Shown here in pieces: positions 17,735-26,209 of a DNA stretch of 64,000 nucleotides. A program made the position numbers and the translations under genes. The DNA is taken from the NCBI GenBank assembly GCA_944384585.1, contig CALWTY010000005.1, positions 414-64,413 on the forward strand. Reading direction: 5' to 3'. Within the stretch, counting starts at the first letter, position 1; each line of letters opens with the position of its first letter. Origin of the DNA: an uncultured Clostridia bacterium. Lineage in GTDB: Bacteria; Bacillota; Clostridia; Oscillospirales; CAG-272. The notes under the pieces were generated by a model that saw only the letters and a list, made by a program, of their open reading frames with translations, did no database searches and was not told the origin of the DNA.

Positions 17735-19870
17735 ATGAAAGCTGTCATCATGGCGGGCGGCGAAGGCCGCCGCCTGCGCCCCATCACGGAAGCCATGCCC
17801 AAGCCCCTCGTCCCGATCAACGGCGTCCCCGTCCTCCGTCTGATCCTCCGCCGCCTGCGGGAAAACGGAATCACCGAGGCAGCTGTCACCACCGGCTATC
17901 TGGCGCAGCAAATCGAGGCGGCGCTCGGGGATCGGTGCGAGGGAGTAAGTCTCCGATATTATCGCGAGGACGTCCCCCTCGGAACGGCGGGCAGCGTCAG
18001 ACGCACGGCGGATTTTCTCGGAGAGGAGGAGTTTGCCGTGATCAGCGGCGACGCGCTCTTCGAGCTTGATCTTGCGGCGGCGGCCGCAGCGCGAAGCCGA
18101 CTCGGCGCAGAGGCGCTGCTGATCCTCTCGCGCTGCAGCAATCCGGGCGAATACGGCGTGGTGCTGCGGGAGAAGGACGGCAGGATCACCGGCTTCTCAG
18201 AAAAGCCCTCCCTCAGTTCCACCTTCTCCGACACCGTCAACACCGGCATCTATCTCTGCTCCCCCGCCATCCTGCGGCGCATTCCGACGGAGGGGATCTA
18301 TGACTTCGGCAAGGAGCTGTTTCCCGCCATGCTGGCGGCGGGCGTCCCGCTCTACAGCGTGATCGACGACGGCTATTGGTGCGATATCGGGGATCCCGAC
18401 GCCTATTACCGCGCCAATATGCGGGCGTCGGACGGGCAAAATGCGATCGGGCAGGACTGCCGGCTCGAAAGCAGACCGATCGCCTCGGTGGTGATGGACC
18501 GTTGTCGGATCGGAAAGGACTGCCGCATCAAGAACGCCGTTCTCTGCGAGGAATGCCGTGTGGAGGAGGGGGTAACGATCGGGGAAGGCTCCGTCATCGG
18601 CGCGGGCTCTGTCATCGGGGCCGGCTCGACGCTTGCCCCCGGCACGCGGCTTCCGGAAGGAAGCAGCATTCCGCCCGGCAGTCTGATGCGCAGCGGCGTG
18701 CGCCTCGACGGGATCGCTGCCGCCTCCTCGCTGCTCGGCGGAGGAGGCATTCTCTGCCGCAAAAGCGGCATGACGGCGGCGTCTGCCGTGAAACTCGGCA
18801 ATGCGCTTGCCGCCGCCTGCCCGGAGGGAACGCTCGGTCTGATGCACGACGGCGACAGCTTCTCGGAGCGCACCGCCGCCGCGCTGCTCCGAGGGATGCG
18901 GGTCGGCGGCGCCGAAACGCTGCTGCTCGGAAAGGGCTTCGAGGCCGTCGCCTCCTATGCCGCTCCGACGCTCTCCCTTGCGCTCTCCCTTTTCATCCGC
19001 AGCAGCGGCGGGGAGGTCGGAATTTCCCTCTTCGACGGGACAGGGCTGTATCCGAAGCGGGAGTTTGAGCGGCGGTTCGCTTCTGCGCTGGCAGGGGAGG
19101 ACAGCATCGGACGCCGCAGAGCCTCCTCCGGCTCCCGCCTTGACTTCGGGGAGACGCACTATCTTCCGATGCTGACAAGCCGCCGCTGCGCTCTTGACGG
19201 CTTCCCGGTCTCGGTCGTCGGGGAAACTCCCCCCGCCCTGATGCTCAGACGGGCGCTGCTTGCCATGGGGGGCGACCTGCGGGAGGGAGGGCTTCGCTTT
19301 ACGGTCAGCGACGACGGCTTCACCCTCATGGCGGAGCAGGATAGCTGTAAGGCGGACGATTGGCACATCAAGGCGATCCTGCTCCGCTGTCTGATCCGGG
19401 ACGAGGTCTCCCTTCCGATCTCCTCCCCCTCGGTTCTGGCGGATCTCTGCGAGGGGCGCTGCCGCCTCTATACCCATTGTCCGTCGGGAGACGGAGAGGA
19501 CAGGATCCGCCGGGGCGCTGCTCTGCACCCGGAGCTGATGCACGCCTGTGCCGCCGCCGCGGAGCTGGCGGGTCTGATCGCAGCCTCCGGAAAGGGACTG
19601 AAGGAGATCTGCGCCCGCCTGCCCCGCTTCAGCGTCGACACCGCCGAATACCGAAGCGACTCTGCGCACCGGCTCGGCATCCTCACCGAGCTCGGCGTGC
19701 CGGACGGCGACGGAGTCAAGGCGGAATATGCGCGCGGCTCCGTCAGGATCATTCCCTCCCGCCGGGGCTATCGGCTCTCCGCCGAGGCCGCCGCGGGGGA
19801 ATATGCCGCGGAGCTGCTCGACCTTTCCAGGCGGCAGATCGAGGCGCTGCTCCGGCAGCACGACCGATAA
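17735..19870 (+). CDS. sugar-phosphate nucleotidyltransferase fused to a left-handed beta-helix and a degenerate PGM/PMM-like domain
   Basis: N-terminal GGEGRRLRPIT..PKPLVP signature. Hexapeptide repeats (GEGSVIGAGSVIGAGS). The C-terminal half is PMM-like but has no SHNP loop. Confidence 0.85.
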   Translation: MKAVIMAGGEGRRLRPITEAMPKPLVPINGVPVLRLILRRLRENGITEAAVTTGYLAQQIEAALGDRCEGVSLRYYREDVPLGTAGSVRRTADFLGEEEFAVISGDALFELDLAAAAAARSRLGAEALLILSRCSNPGEYGVVLREKDGRITGFSEKPSLSSTFSDTVNTGIYLCSPAILRRIPTEGIYDFGKELFPAMLAAGVPLYSVIDDGYWCDIGDPDAYYRANMRASDGQNAIGQDCRLESRPIASVVMDRCRIGKDCRIKNAVLCEECRVEEGVTIGEGSVIGAGSVIGAGSTLAPGTRLPEGSSIPPGSLMRSGVRLDGIAAASSLLGGGGILCRKSGMTAASAVKLGNALAAACPEGTLGLMHDGDSFSERTAAALLRGMRVGGAETLLLGKGFEAVASYAAPTLSLALSLFIRSSGGEVGISLFDGTGLYPKREFERRFASALAGEDSIGRRRASSGSRLDFGETHYLPMLTSRRCALDGFPVSVVGETPPALMLRRALLAMGGDLREGGLRFTVSDDGFTLMAEQDSCKADDWHIKAILLRCLIRDEVSLPISSPSVLADLCEGRCRLYTHCPSGDGEDRIRRGAALHPELMHACAAAAELAGLIAASGKGLKEICARLPRFSVDTAEYRSDSAHRLGILTELGVPDGDGVKAEYARGSVRIIPSRRGYRLSAEAAAGEYAAELLDLSRRQIEALLRQHDR

Positions 19871-19881
19871 GAGGACGACTA

Positions 19882-19922
19882 AGCCCCCGCACGGCTCATC
19901 GGGCCGTGCGGGGGCTTTCTTC
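19882..19922 (+). terminator. rho-independent terminator
   Basis: 14-bp stem agcccccgcacggc / gccgtgcgggggct, 7-nt loop, then tttctt. Lies between convergent genes. Confidence 0.85.
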
Positions 19923-19944
19923 CCTTCGGGACGATATCGGAGTT

Positions 19945-21702
19945 TCAGCGAGTCAGCGCATATTTCTCCGAATACTGACGGTATTTTTCAATAAAGGAGG
20001 GATTCTCGTCGGTCTTGATCTTTCGCAGCGATTCATGCGCGTTCATATCGTGGCGGCAGGCGTCGATCACGGCGACGGCGATATTGGAGCAATGATCCGA
20101 CGCCCGTTCGAGATTGGTCAGAAGATCCGCCCAGATAAAGCCGGCCTCCACGGTGCATTCCCCACGCTTCAGCCTTGCGATATGGTTGTCGCGCAGCGAG
20201 GAGCGAAGCCCGTCGATCACCTGCTCCAGCGGCTCGACGTCGGCAGCCGCCTCCGGGTCGTTCTCCGAGAAGGCGCGGAGGGTGATGGTCAGGATCTCCG
20301 AAAGAGCGTCGCTGATCACCCGCAGCTCGCGGCGGGCTTCCCCGGAAAATTCGATCCGCTTCTCCTTCAGCTCCTCCGCCGATTCCAGAAGGTTGACGCT
20401 GTGGTCGGAGATGCGCTCGAAATCCCCGATCGCCTTCAGCAGACGGGATACCTCGGAGCTGTCGTCCTCGGTGATCTGGGATTGGGAAATCTTCGTCAGA
20501 TACGTCCCCAGGACGTCCTCGTAATGGTCGGTATCGCTTTCGAGGCGGCGGATCTCCTCCGCCCTCTCATCACTGCCGGCAGTCACCGCATCAAGGCTGA
20601 GGCGGAAGCCCTCCACCGCCTCGTTTGCCATTCTGACCGCCACCTGACCGCTCTGCTGCAGCGCGATGGCGGGGGTGACGAGCAGACGGTCGTCAAGCTC
20701 CACCTTCTTGTCGGTATCCTTTCCCTCCGGCACGATGAGATAGGCGATCCTTTCCAGCAGGAAGGAGAGCGGCATCAGAAGCGCCGTACAGAGAATATTG
20801 AAGGCGGAATGCGCCACCGCGATTCCGAGATAGGAGGCGGAGGCATCGAGAATAGCGGGCTTGAAGATCGCGGAGACCGCGCTGAAGATCGAGAGCCACA
20901 CCACCGTCCCGATCACATTGAAGGAAAGATGGACGACGGCGGCACGCTTGGCAACCTTATTAGTGCCCAGGGAGGAGAGCAGCGCCGTCACGCAGGTCCC
21001 GATATTCTGCCCCATGATAATCGGGATCGCCGCGCCGTAGGAAACCGCACCGGTCGAGGAAAGCGCCTGCAGAATTCCGACCGAGGCGGAGCTGGACTGG
21101 ATAATTCCCGTCAGGATCGCCCCCACCAGCACGCCGAGGATCGGGTTTTTGAACATCAGGAACAACTCGCGGAAAGCGGGAATATCCGCCAGTCCCGCCA
21201 CTGCGCCCGCCATGGTATCCATTCCGAACATCAGCGTCGCAAAGCCCAGCAGAATCGTGCCGGTATCCTTTTTCTTCCCTGATTTTGAGAACATGAGAAA
21301 CGCCGTTCCGATCAGAGCCAGAATCGGCGTAAAGGAGGTCGGCTTGAGCAGCTTCATGAAGAGATTGTCCTCTGAAATGCCGCCGAGGCTCAGGATCCAC
21401 GCCGTCACCGTCGTGCCGATATTCGCGCCCATGATAACGCCGATCGCCTGCCGGAGCGTGATGATCTTGGAGTTGGCGAAGCCGACGACCATGACGGTCG
21501 TGGCGGAGGAGCTCTGAATGACTGCCGTCACGCCGAGTCCCGTCAGAAAGCCCTTGATCTTGCTGTTCGTCAGTTTTCCGAGCAGCGATTTCAGACTGTT
21601 GCCCGCGCGTCTTTCCAGACCGTCTCCCATCACGTTCATTCCGAACAGGAACAGGCACAAGCCTCCGATTAAGGTAAGTACATCAAAAATCGTCATGTTC
21701 AT
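19945..21702 (-). CDS. Na+/phosphate cotransporter family protein with PhoU-like C-terminal domain
   Basis: Duplicated GANIGTT / GQNIGTC NptA motifs in a polytopic N-terminal half. Helical PhoU-like C-terminal half. Confidence 0.88.
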   Translation of the reverse strand: MNMTIFDVLTLIGGLCLFLFGMNVMGDGLERRAGNSLKSLLGKLTNSKIKGFLTGLGVTAVIQSSSATTVMVVGFANSKIITLRQAIGVIMGANIGTTVTAWILSLGGISEDNLFMKLLKPTSFTPILALIGTAFLMFSKSGKKKDTGTILLGFATLMFGMDTMAGAVAGLADIPAFRELFLMFKNPILGVLVGAILTGIIQSSSASVGILQALSSTGAVSYGAAIPIIMGQNIGTCVTALLSSLGTNKVAKRAAVVHLSFNVIGTVVWLSIFSAVSAIFKPAILDASASYLGIAVAHSAFNILCTALLMPLSFLLERIAYLIVPEGKDTDKKVELDDRLLVTPAIALQQSGQVAVRMANEAVEGFRLSLDAVTAGSDERAEEIRRLESDTDHYEDVLGTYLTKISQSQITEDDSSEVSRLLKAIGDFERISDHSVNLLESAEELKEKRIEFSGEARRELRVISDALSEILTITLRAFSENDPEAAADVEPLEQVIDGLRSSLRDNHIARLKRGECTVEAGFIWADLLTNLERASDHCSNIAVAVIDACRHDMNAHESLRKIKTDENPSFIEKYRQYSEKYALTR

Positions 21703-21746
21703 TCACTCCAACAAGGCAGCTCCGAAGGCAGAGCAGTATTCATCTT

Positions 21747-21775
21747 ATTATATCACTTTTTGCCGGAAAAAGCAA
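21747..21775 (-). promoter_or_regulatory. promoter of the Na/Pi cotransporter gene
   Basis: TTGCTT, 17-nt spacer, TATAAT on the minus strand, with TGa before the -10. Confidence 0.6.
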
Positions 21776-21830
21776 GCCTGAAGAGGAAAAGATCCTGTAA
21801 AATCCCCGATAATCCGCTTAAAAAAGCAGA

Positions 21831-21868
21831 AAAAAAGCGGCTGCTTCCGGGAAAGCCGAAAGCAGCCG
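21831..21868 (-). terminator. rho-independent terminator after the antiporter gene
   Basis: Minus strand reads cggctgctt-N14-aagcagccg followed by cttttttt. Confidence 0.75.
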
Positions 21869-21876
21869 ACGTGCTG

Positions 21877-23181
21877 TTATGATTCCGATTTCTTCCGCTC
21901 GATGGCAAGACGCGCCTCGTCTCTTGCGCTGACGCGTCCCTCCTCCGCGATGTCCCCCGCCTTGGTAAGCGCCATCTTGGTCAGGAACGGACCGATGATC
22001 TCATAGATCAACACCGCGAAAAGCGTGATGTTCCGCACAATCGAGCCGTCCGCGCCAAGCTCCGCCGCCTTGATCGCCATTCCGAGGGCGACGCCTGCCT
22101 GCGGCAGCAGCGTGATGCCGAGATAGCGGACGATATTGCCGTCGCATTTCGCCAGCCGGGAGCTGAAGCCCGCGCCGAAATATTTTCCGAGGGAGCGGGC
22201 CAGGACATAGACGATGCCGATGATCACCACCGCGACATCGGAGAAGACCGACAGCTCCAGCTCCGCGCCGCTGACGACGAAGAAGAGGATCAGGATCGGG
22301 GCGGTCCAGCGATCGGCGCGCTCCATCAGCTCCTCCGAGAAATCGCAGATGTTGCAGAAGACGGTGCCGAGCATCATGCAGGCGAGCAGCGAGGAGAAGC
22401 TGACGGCAATTCCGCCCAGCTCAAAGCGGCAGCAGGAAATCCCGACCGTCAGCATAACGAAGGTGACCGAGACCGCCATCCGCTTCGAGCGGGAATGGAA
22501 GAACCTCTCACAAAGGGTGAACAGAAGCCCCATCAAAAAGCCGAGCAGCAGCGACAGGCAGACCTCAAGCAGCGGCTCCAGCACGATGGAAAGCGGGCTG
22601 ACCTCCGCCTGGCTCATCGCCTTGGCGATGCCGAAGGAGACGGCGAAGACCACCAGCCCCACCGCGTCGTCCAGGGCGACGACCGGAAGGAGAATATCGG
22701 TCAGCGGCCCTTTTGCCTTGTATTGACGGACGACCATCAGCGTTGCGGCGGGTGCGGTGGCGGCGGCGACCGCGCCGAGAACGATGGCGGCGGAAAGCGG
22801 GAGCTTATCGGGCATCAGAAAATGCAGGGCGACGAGCGCGACATCCACCACCAGCGTGGTGAAGATCGCCTGCAGAACGCCCACCGTCATCGCCTGCTTC
22901 CCGATCCGCTTCAGCGCCGACAGGCGGAACTCGTTGCCCATGGAAAATGCGATAAAGCCGAGGGCAACATCTGCTATAATCCCGAAGCCTTCGATCCGAT
23001 CGCGGGTGATGCCGAGGCCGGGGATCCCGAGCGAGCCGAGCAGATACGGGCCGATCAGAACGCCGGCGACAAGATAGGCCGTGACGGCGGGAAGCCGAAC
23101 CTTTTTCGCCGCGCGCGAGAGCAGCAGGCCCGAAAGCAAGGCAACCGATAGGCTGATCAGGATGGTTGCGGTGGATGTCAT
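21877..23181 (-). CDS. cation:proton antiporter (CPA2/Kef-type Na+/H+ exchanger family)
   Basis: 434-aa polytopic membrane protein with sequence typical of Na_H_Exchanger-fold transporters. Confidence 0.82.
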   Translation of the reverse strand: MTSTATILISLSVALLSGLLLSRAAKKVRLPAVTAYLVAGVLIGPYLLGSLGIPGLGITRDRIEGFGIIADVALGFIAFSMGNEFRLSALKRIGKQAMTVGVLQAIFTTLVVDVALVALHFLMPDKLPLSAAIVLGAVAAATAPAATLMVVRQYKAKGPLTDILLPVVALDDAVGLVVFAVSFGIAKAMSQAEVSPLSIVLEPLLEVCLSLLLGFLMGLLFTLCERFFHSRSKRMAVSVTFVMLTVGISCCRFELGGIAVSFSSLLACMMLGTVFCNICDFSEELMERADRWTAPILILFFVVSGAELELSVFSDVAVVIIGIVYVLARSLGKYFGAGFSSRLAKCDGNIVRYLGITLLPQAGVALGMAIKAAELGADGSIVRNITLFAVLIYEIIGPFLTKMALTKAGDIAEEGRVSARDEARLAIERKKSES

Positions 23182-23268
23182 GAGAATTCATGCCTTCTTT
23201 CCGTGTAAAAACTGTAATCGAGCAGTTTCCGTCCCTCCTTGCGGGACGGAGCAGGTCTCCGACTGATT

Positions 23269-23297
23269 ATTATACTACGCCTCCCGTCGTTTTGCAA
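23269..23297 (-). promoter_or_regulatory. promoter of the antiporter gene
   Basis: TTGCAA, 17-nt spacer, TATAAT on the minus strand. Confidence 0.6.
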
Positions 23298-23324
23298 GGG
23301 GCGAACCGAAATTTGAGGAAAACT

Positions 23325-24041
23325 TCAAAGCTCTCCCTGCATGAAATCGTCGGGGCGCTCCTTCAGAAGCCGCACCGCCTCCTTCTGATCCGGCATATAC
23401 CGCCCGACCGCCTCCTCAAACTCCCTGCCGTGATGCGGGATCAGAAAATGCATCAGCTCGTGCAGGATCACATAGTCAAGGCAGCGCGGCGGCTTCCTGA
23501 CGAGCGCGAGATTCAGCACGATGCGCCGCTCTCGGACATGACAGCTGCCCCATCGGGTCTTCATATCCCGGACAGCGACAGAGCGGCAGAGGAGTCCCGT
23601 CGTCCGTTCCCATTCCGGAAGCCGCAGGGCGATCCCTTCCTGCAGCCGCTCCCGATACCATCGCTTGACAAAGGCTGCTCTTGAGGCGGCGTCCCGCCCC
23701 GCCGTAAGCAGAGCCTCCTCCCCCTGCAGGATCAGCGATCCCCGTCCCTCCCGGACCTCCGTCCGCAGGGTATAGCGTTCTCCGAAGAGATAAAAGGCTT
23801 CTCCCGTGACATACGCTCTCTCGGGGCGCCGCTCCCCCTCCGTCTCTGCCCGTTTCCAACGGATCCAGCCGAGGCGGCTCACAAGAACCCGCATCAGCTC
23901 CTCGTCGGGACACCCGAGCGGCACTGAGACCCGTACCTCGCCCTCCCGGGTGACCGTCAGGTTGATATTCCGCACTCTCTTCCGGATCACCTCTATCGTG
24001 ATACCGTCCAGCTCGAGCATACTGCCGGGGTTTCTCTTCAT
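23325..24041 (-). CDS. YgjP/DUF45-family zinc metallohydrolase
   Basis: HELMHFLIPHHGREF motif near the C-terminus. 238 aa. SD ggaaggag upstream. Confidence 0.85.
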   Translation of the reverse strand: MKRNPGSMLELDGITIEVIRKRVRNINLTVTREGEVRVSVPLGCPDEELMRVLVSRLGWIRWKRAETEGERRPERAYVTGEAFYLFGERYTLRTEVREGRGSLILQGEEALLTAGRDAASRAAFVKRWYRERLQEGIALRLPEWERTTGLLCRSVAVRDMKTRWGSCHVRERRIVLNLALVRKPPRCLDYVILHELMHFLIPHHGREFEEAVGRYMPDQKEAVRLLKERPDDFMQGEL

Positions 24042-24063
24042 GCCGCCGCTCCTTCCGTTTGTC

Positions 24064-24295
24064 TCGTCACCGTCTCCGTCCGCTTCATCGTCACCGTTTC
24101 CGTCCGCTTCATCGTCACCGTTTCCGTCCGCTTCATCGTCACCGTTTCCGTCCGCTCGTCGTCACCATTTCCGTCCGCTTCGTCGTCGCTTCCGCCGTTT
24201 GTCGTCACCGCATCCGCCGCTCGTCGTCACCGTTTCCGTCCGCTCGTCGTCACCGTTTCCGTCCGCTTCATCGTCACCGCATCCGTCTTTCCCGT
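24064..24295. repeat. imperfect 24-bp tandem array, about 10 copies
   Basis: Unit tcgtcaccgtttccgtccgcttca. The first three copies are 24 bp (second and third identical, first differs at one base). Later copies are 23, 24, 19, 22, 23, 24 and 24 bp. No frame is conserved. Confidence 0.9.
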
Positions 24296-24306
24296 CGGGT
24301 CACTCC

Positions 24307-24315
24307 ATTTTACCA
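24307..24315 (-). promoter_or_regulatory. extended -10 element (TGgTAAAAT) upstream of the tandem array
   Basis: Minus strand reads tggtaaaat with no good -35. It would place the transcription start about 5 nt before the array. Confidence 0.4.
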
Positions 24316-24600
24316 CAAGTTCTCCCGCCGCGGCACTTCATTCCGTTTTTTAAAAAATCCGCGCGGGACGAGCCCCATGCTTTTCCGCCCTATCCGTCGG
24401 CGCATACGGGTTCCCTCCCTTTCGGGCGGAGCGCATGACCCATCGTGAAAGCGGCGCTGGCTGCAACGGCCCCGCCGATCGGAGAGGAAGCACAAGCGTC
24501 GAGCCCCGCCGATCGGATCTTTCGGGAGGGGGCGGTTTGCCGTTCGAATCGGCGGATTCCCGGCATTGCGGACAATGCCTCCCCCTCATCATGCGGGAAG

Positions 24601-24627
24601 CGGCGGCAGGTCAAAGACCTGCCGCCG
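24601..24627 (-). terminator. strong hairpin downstream of rubrerythrin (possible terminator)
   Basis: 12-bp stem cggcggcaggtc / gacctgccgccg with a 3-nt loop, 7 nt after the rbr stop. No adjacent U-tract on the rbr strand. Confidence 0.4.
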
Positions 24628-24633
24628 GCTGAT

Positions 24634-25170
24634 TCAATAATTTTCTTTTCTGACCTCAAAGTAGCTCTGGGGATGCGCGCAGACGGGGCAGATCTCCGGC
24701 GCCTTCTTTCCGATCACCAGGTGTCCGCAGTTGCGGCATTCCCACATGATCATCTCGGCCTTCTCAAAGACCTTCTTCATCTCGACGTTGTTCAGCAGCG
24801 CCAGATAGCGCTCCTCATGCGCCTTTTCGATCTCCGCCACCATGCGGAATTTGATCGCAAGCTCAACAAAGCCCTCCTCCTCGGCCTCCTTCGCAAAGCC
24901 TGCATACATATCGGTCCACTCATAATTCTCGCCCGCGGCGGCAGCCTTCAGGTTGGAGGCGGTGTCACCCAGCTCCCCCAATGCCTTGAACCACATTTTC
25001 GCGTGCTCCTTCTCGTTGTCGGCGGTTTTCTGGAAGATGGCGGCTATCTGCTCGTAGCCTTCCTTTTTCGCAACGCTTGCGAAGTAGGTGTACTTGTTCC
25101 TCGCCTGGCTCTCCCCGGCGAATGCCGCGAGCAAATTCTTTTCGGTTTTCGTTCCTTTCAGATCCTTCAT
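24634..25170 (-). CDS. rbr: rubrerythrin
   Basis: Ferritin-like diiron N-terminal domain ([22 protein letters not shown]) plus a C-terminal rubredoxin CRNCG...CPVC. Confidence 0.93.
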   Translation of the reverse strand: MKDLKGTKTEKNLLAAFAGESQARNKYTYFASVAKKEGYEQIAAIFQKTADNEKEHAKMWFKALGELGDTASNLKAAAAGENYEWTDMYAGFAKEAEEEGFVELAIKFRMVAEIEKAHEERYLALLNNVEMKKVFEKAEMIMWECRNCGHLVIGKKAPEICPVCAHPQSYFEVRKENY

Positions 25171-25240
25171 GTTACTACCATCCTTTCAATTCATATCGAA
25201 TCGCTGCCGGGCGGCTATGCCTGCTCCGGTGCGCGGTTCT

Positions 25241-26104
25241 TCATTCCTTTCGATCCCGCCGTATGATTCTGCAGTCGGTCGACATCACCGAATGCTCCAG
25301 AATGATCTCGCCGTACTCGTCGGCAAGGATATATCCGGCATGGGGGTTCTTGACCGATTCCACGAAGCCGTCAATCTCCGCCTCCACATCGGAATACTCA
25401 AAGGCGAAATCCGCCCCCTCCATCGTACAGCCGATCAACCGAAGTCCCTTGCAGTAGCAGAGCGGCTGCGTACCGATGATGCGGCAGTTTTCAAGCGTCA
25501 GCCCCTCGGAATACCAGCCGAGGTATTCTCCCTTGACGACGCTGTTCCGCACCGTGACATTTTTGCTGTGCCAGAAGGCGTCCTTGGTATCCAGCACCGA
25601 ATGATCGATCTCCATATTCTCGACATACTGGAAGGAGTATTTCCCCTTCATCGTCAGCCGATCGATCGCAATCCCTGTGCTTTCAAACAGAAAATATTCC
25701 GAGGTAATATCGCTCTGCTCGATCTTCAGCCCGCGGCATTTCCAGCCGAATTCGGGGGAAACCACGGTACAGCCCCGCACAAGGATATCCTCGCACTCCC
25801 GGAGGCATTTGATCCCGCGGATTTGAGAGTCAAGGAGCTTGCCCTCCCGCGCGTACCAGACGGGGGCTCTGGTCAGTTCATCCATCGTCGAGGAAACCAT
25901 CTCGAAGCGCTCGGCGTGCCACAGCGGATATCGGAGCGAAAAGGAGCAGTTCCTGACCGTGATATCGCGGCATTCCTTCAGCGCCGACTCCCCGTCTGCC
26001 GGTCCTGCGAAGACGCAGTGCTCCACCTCCGCCGATCGGAGGGCGTAAAGCGCCCGTTCCTCATCATAGACCCCGTCTTTTATGATCGTTTTTGTCTCTG
26101 TCAT
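25241..26104 (-). CDS. DUF3737-family protein (predicted right-handed beta-helix)
   Basis: Repetitive V.N/C.F/I beta-helix pattern. Start at MTETK. The family name is from by-eye recall. Confidence 0.65.
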   Translation of the reverse strand: MTETKTIIKDGVYDEERALYALRSAEVEHCVFAGPADGESALKECRDITVRNCSFSLRYPLWHAERFEMVSSTMDELTRAPVWYAREGKLLDSQIRGIKCLRECEDILVRGCTVVSPEFGWKCRGLKIEQSDITSEYFLFESTGIAIDRLTMKGKYSFQYVENMEIDHSVLDTKDAFWHSKNVTVRNSVVKGEYLGWYSEGLTLENCRIIGTQPLCYCKGLRLIGCTMEGADFAFEYSDVEAEIDGFVESVKNPHAGYILADEYGEIILEHSVMSTDCRIIRRDRKE

Positions 26105-26209
26105 CGTATTCCCTTCTTCAAACGACATCCGTCTCCTTCCGGAGCGGAAACAAAGGACCGTCACACACCGCGACAGCCCTTATTGCTTCAAATAGATACA
26201 GTCTTCCGA

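Noticed and set aside
24064-24295. Possible CRISPR array
   Set aside because: The units are contiguous with no spacers, are only 19-24 bp long, and no cas genes are present in the window.
23806-24448. Two plus-strand ORFs encoding SSSPFPSA and HRHRFRPL peptide repeats
   Set aside because: They are simply translations of the 24-bp tandem array in two frames. They are antisense to ygjP, have no SD, and keep their frame only by chance.
24310-24659. Three overlapping 61-89-aa minus-strand ORFs between rbr and the tandem array
   Set aside because: All three frames are open only because of GC richness. They have no SD, overlap each other and the rbr 3' end, and give low-complexity products.
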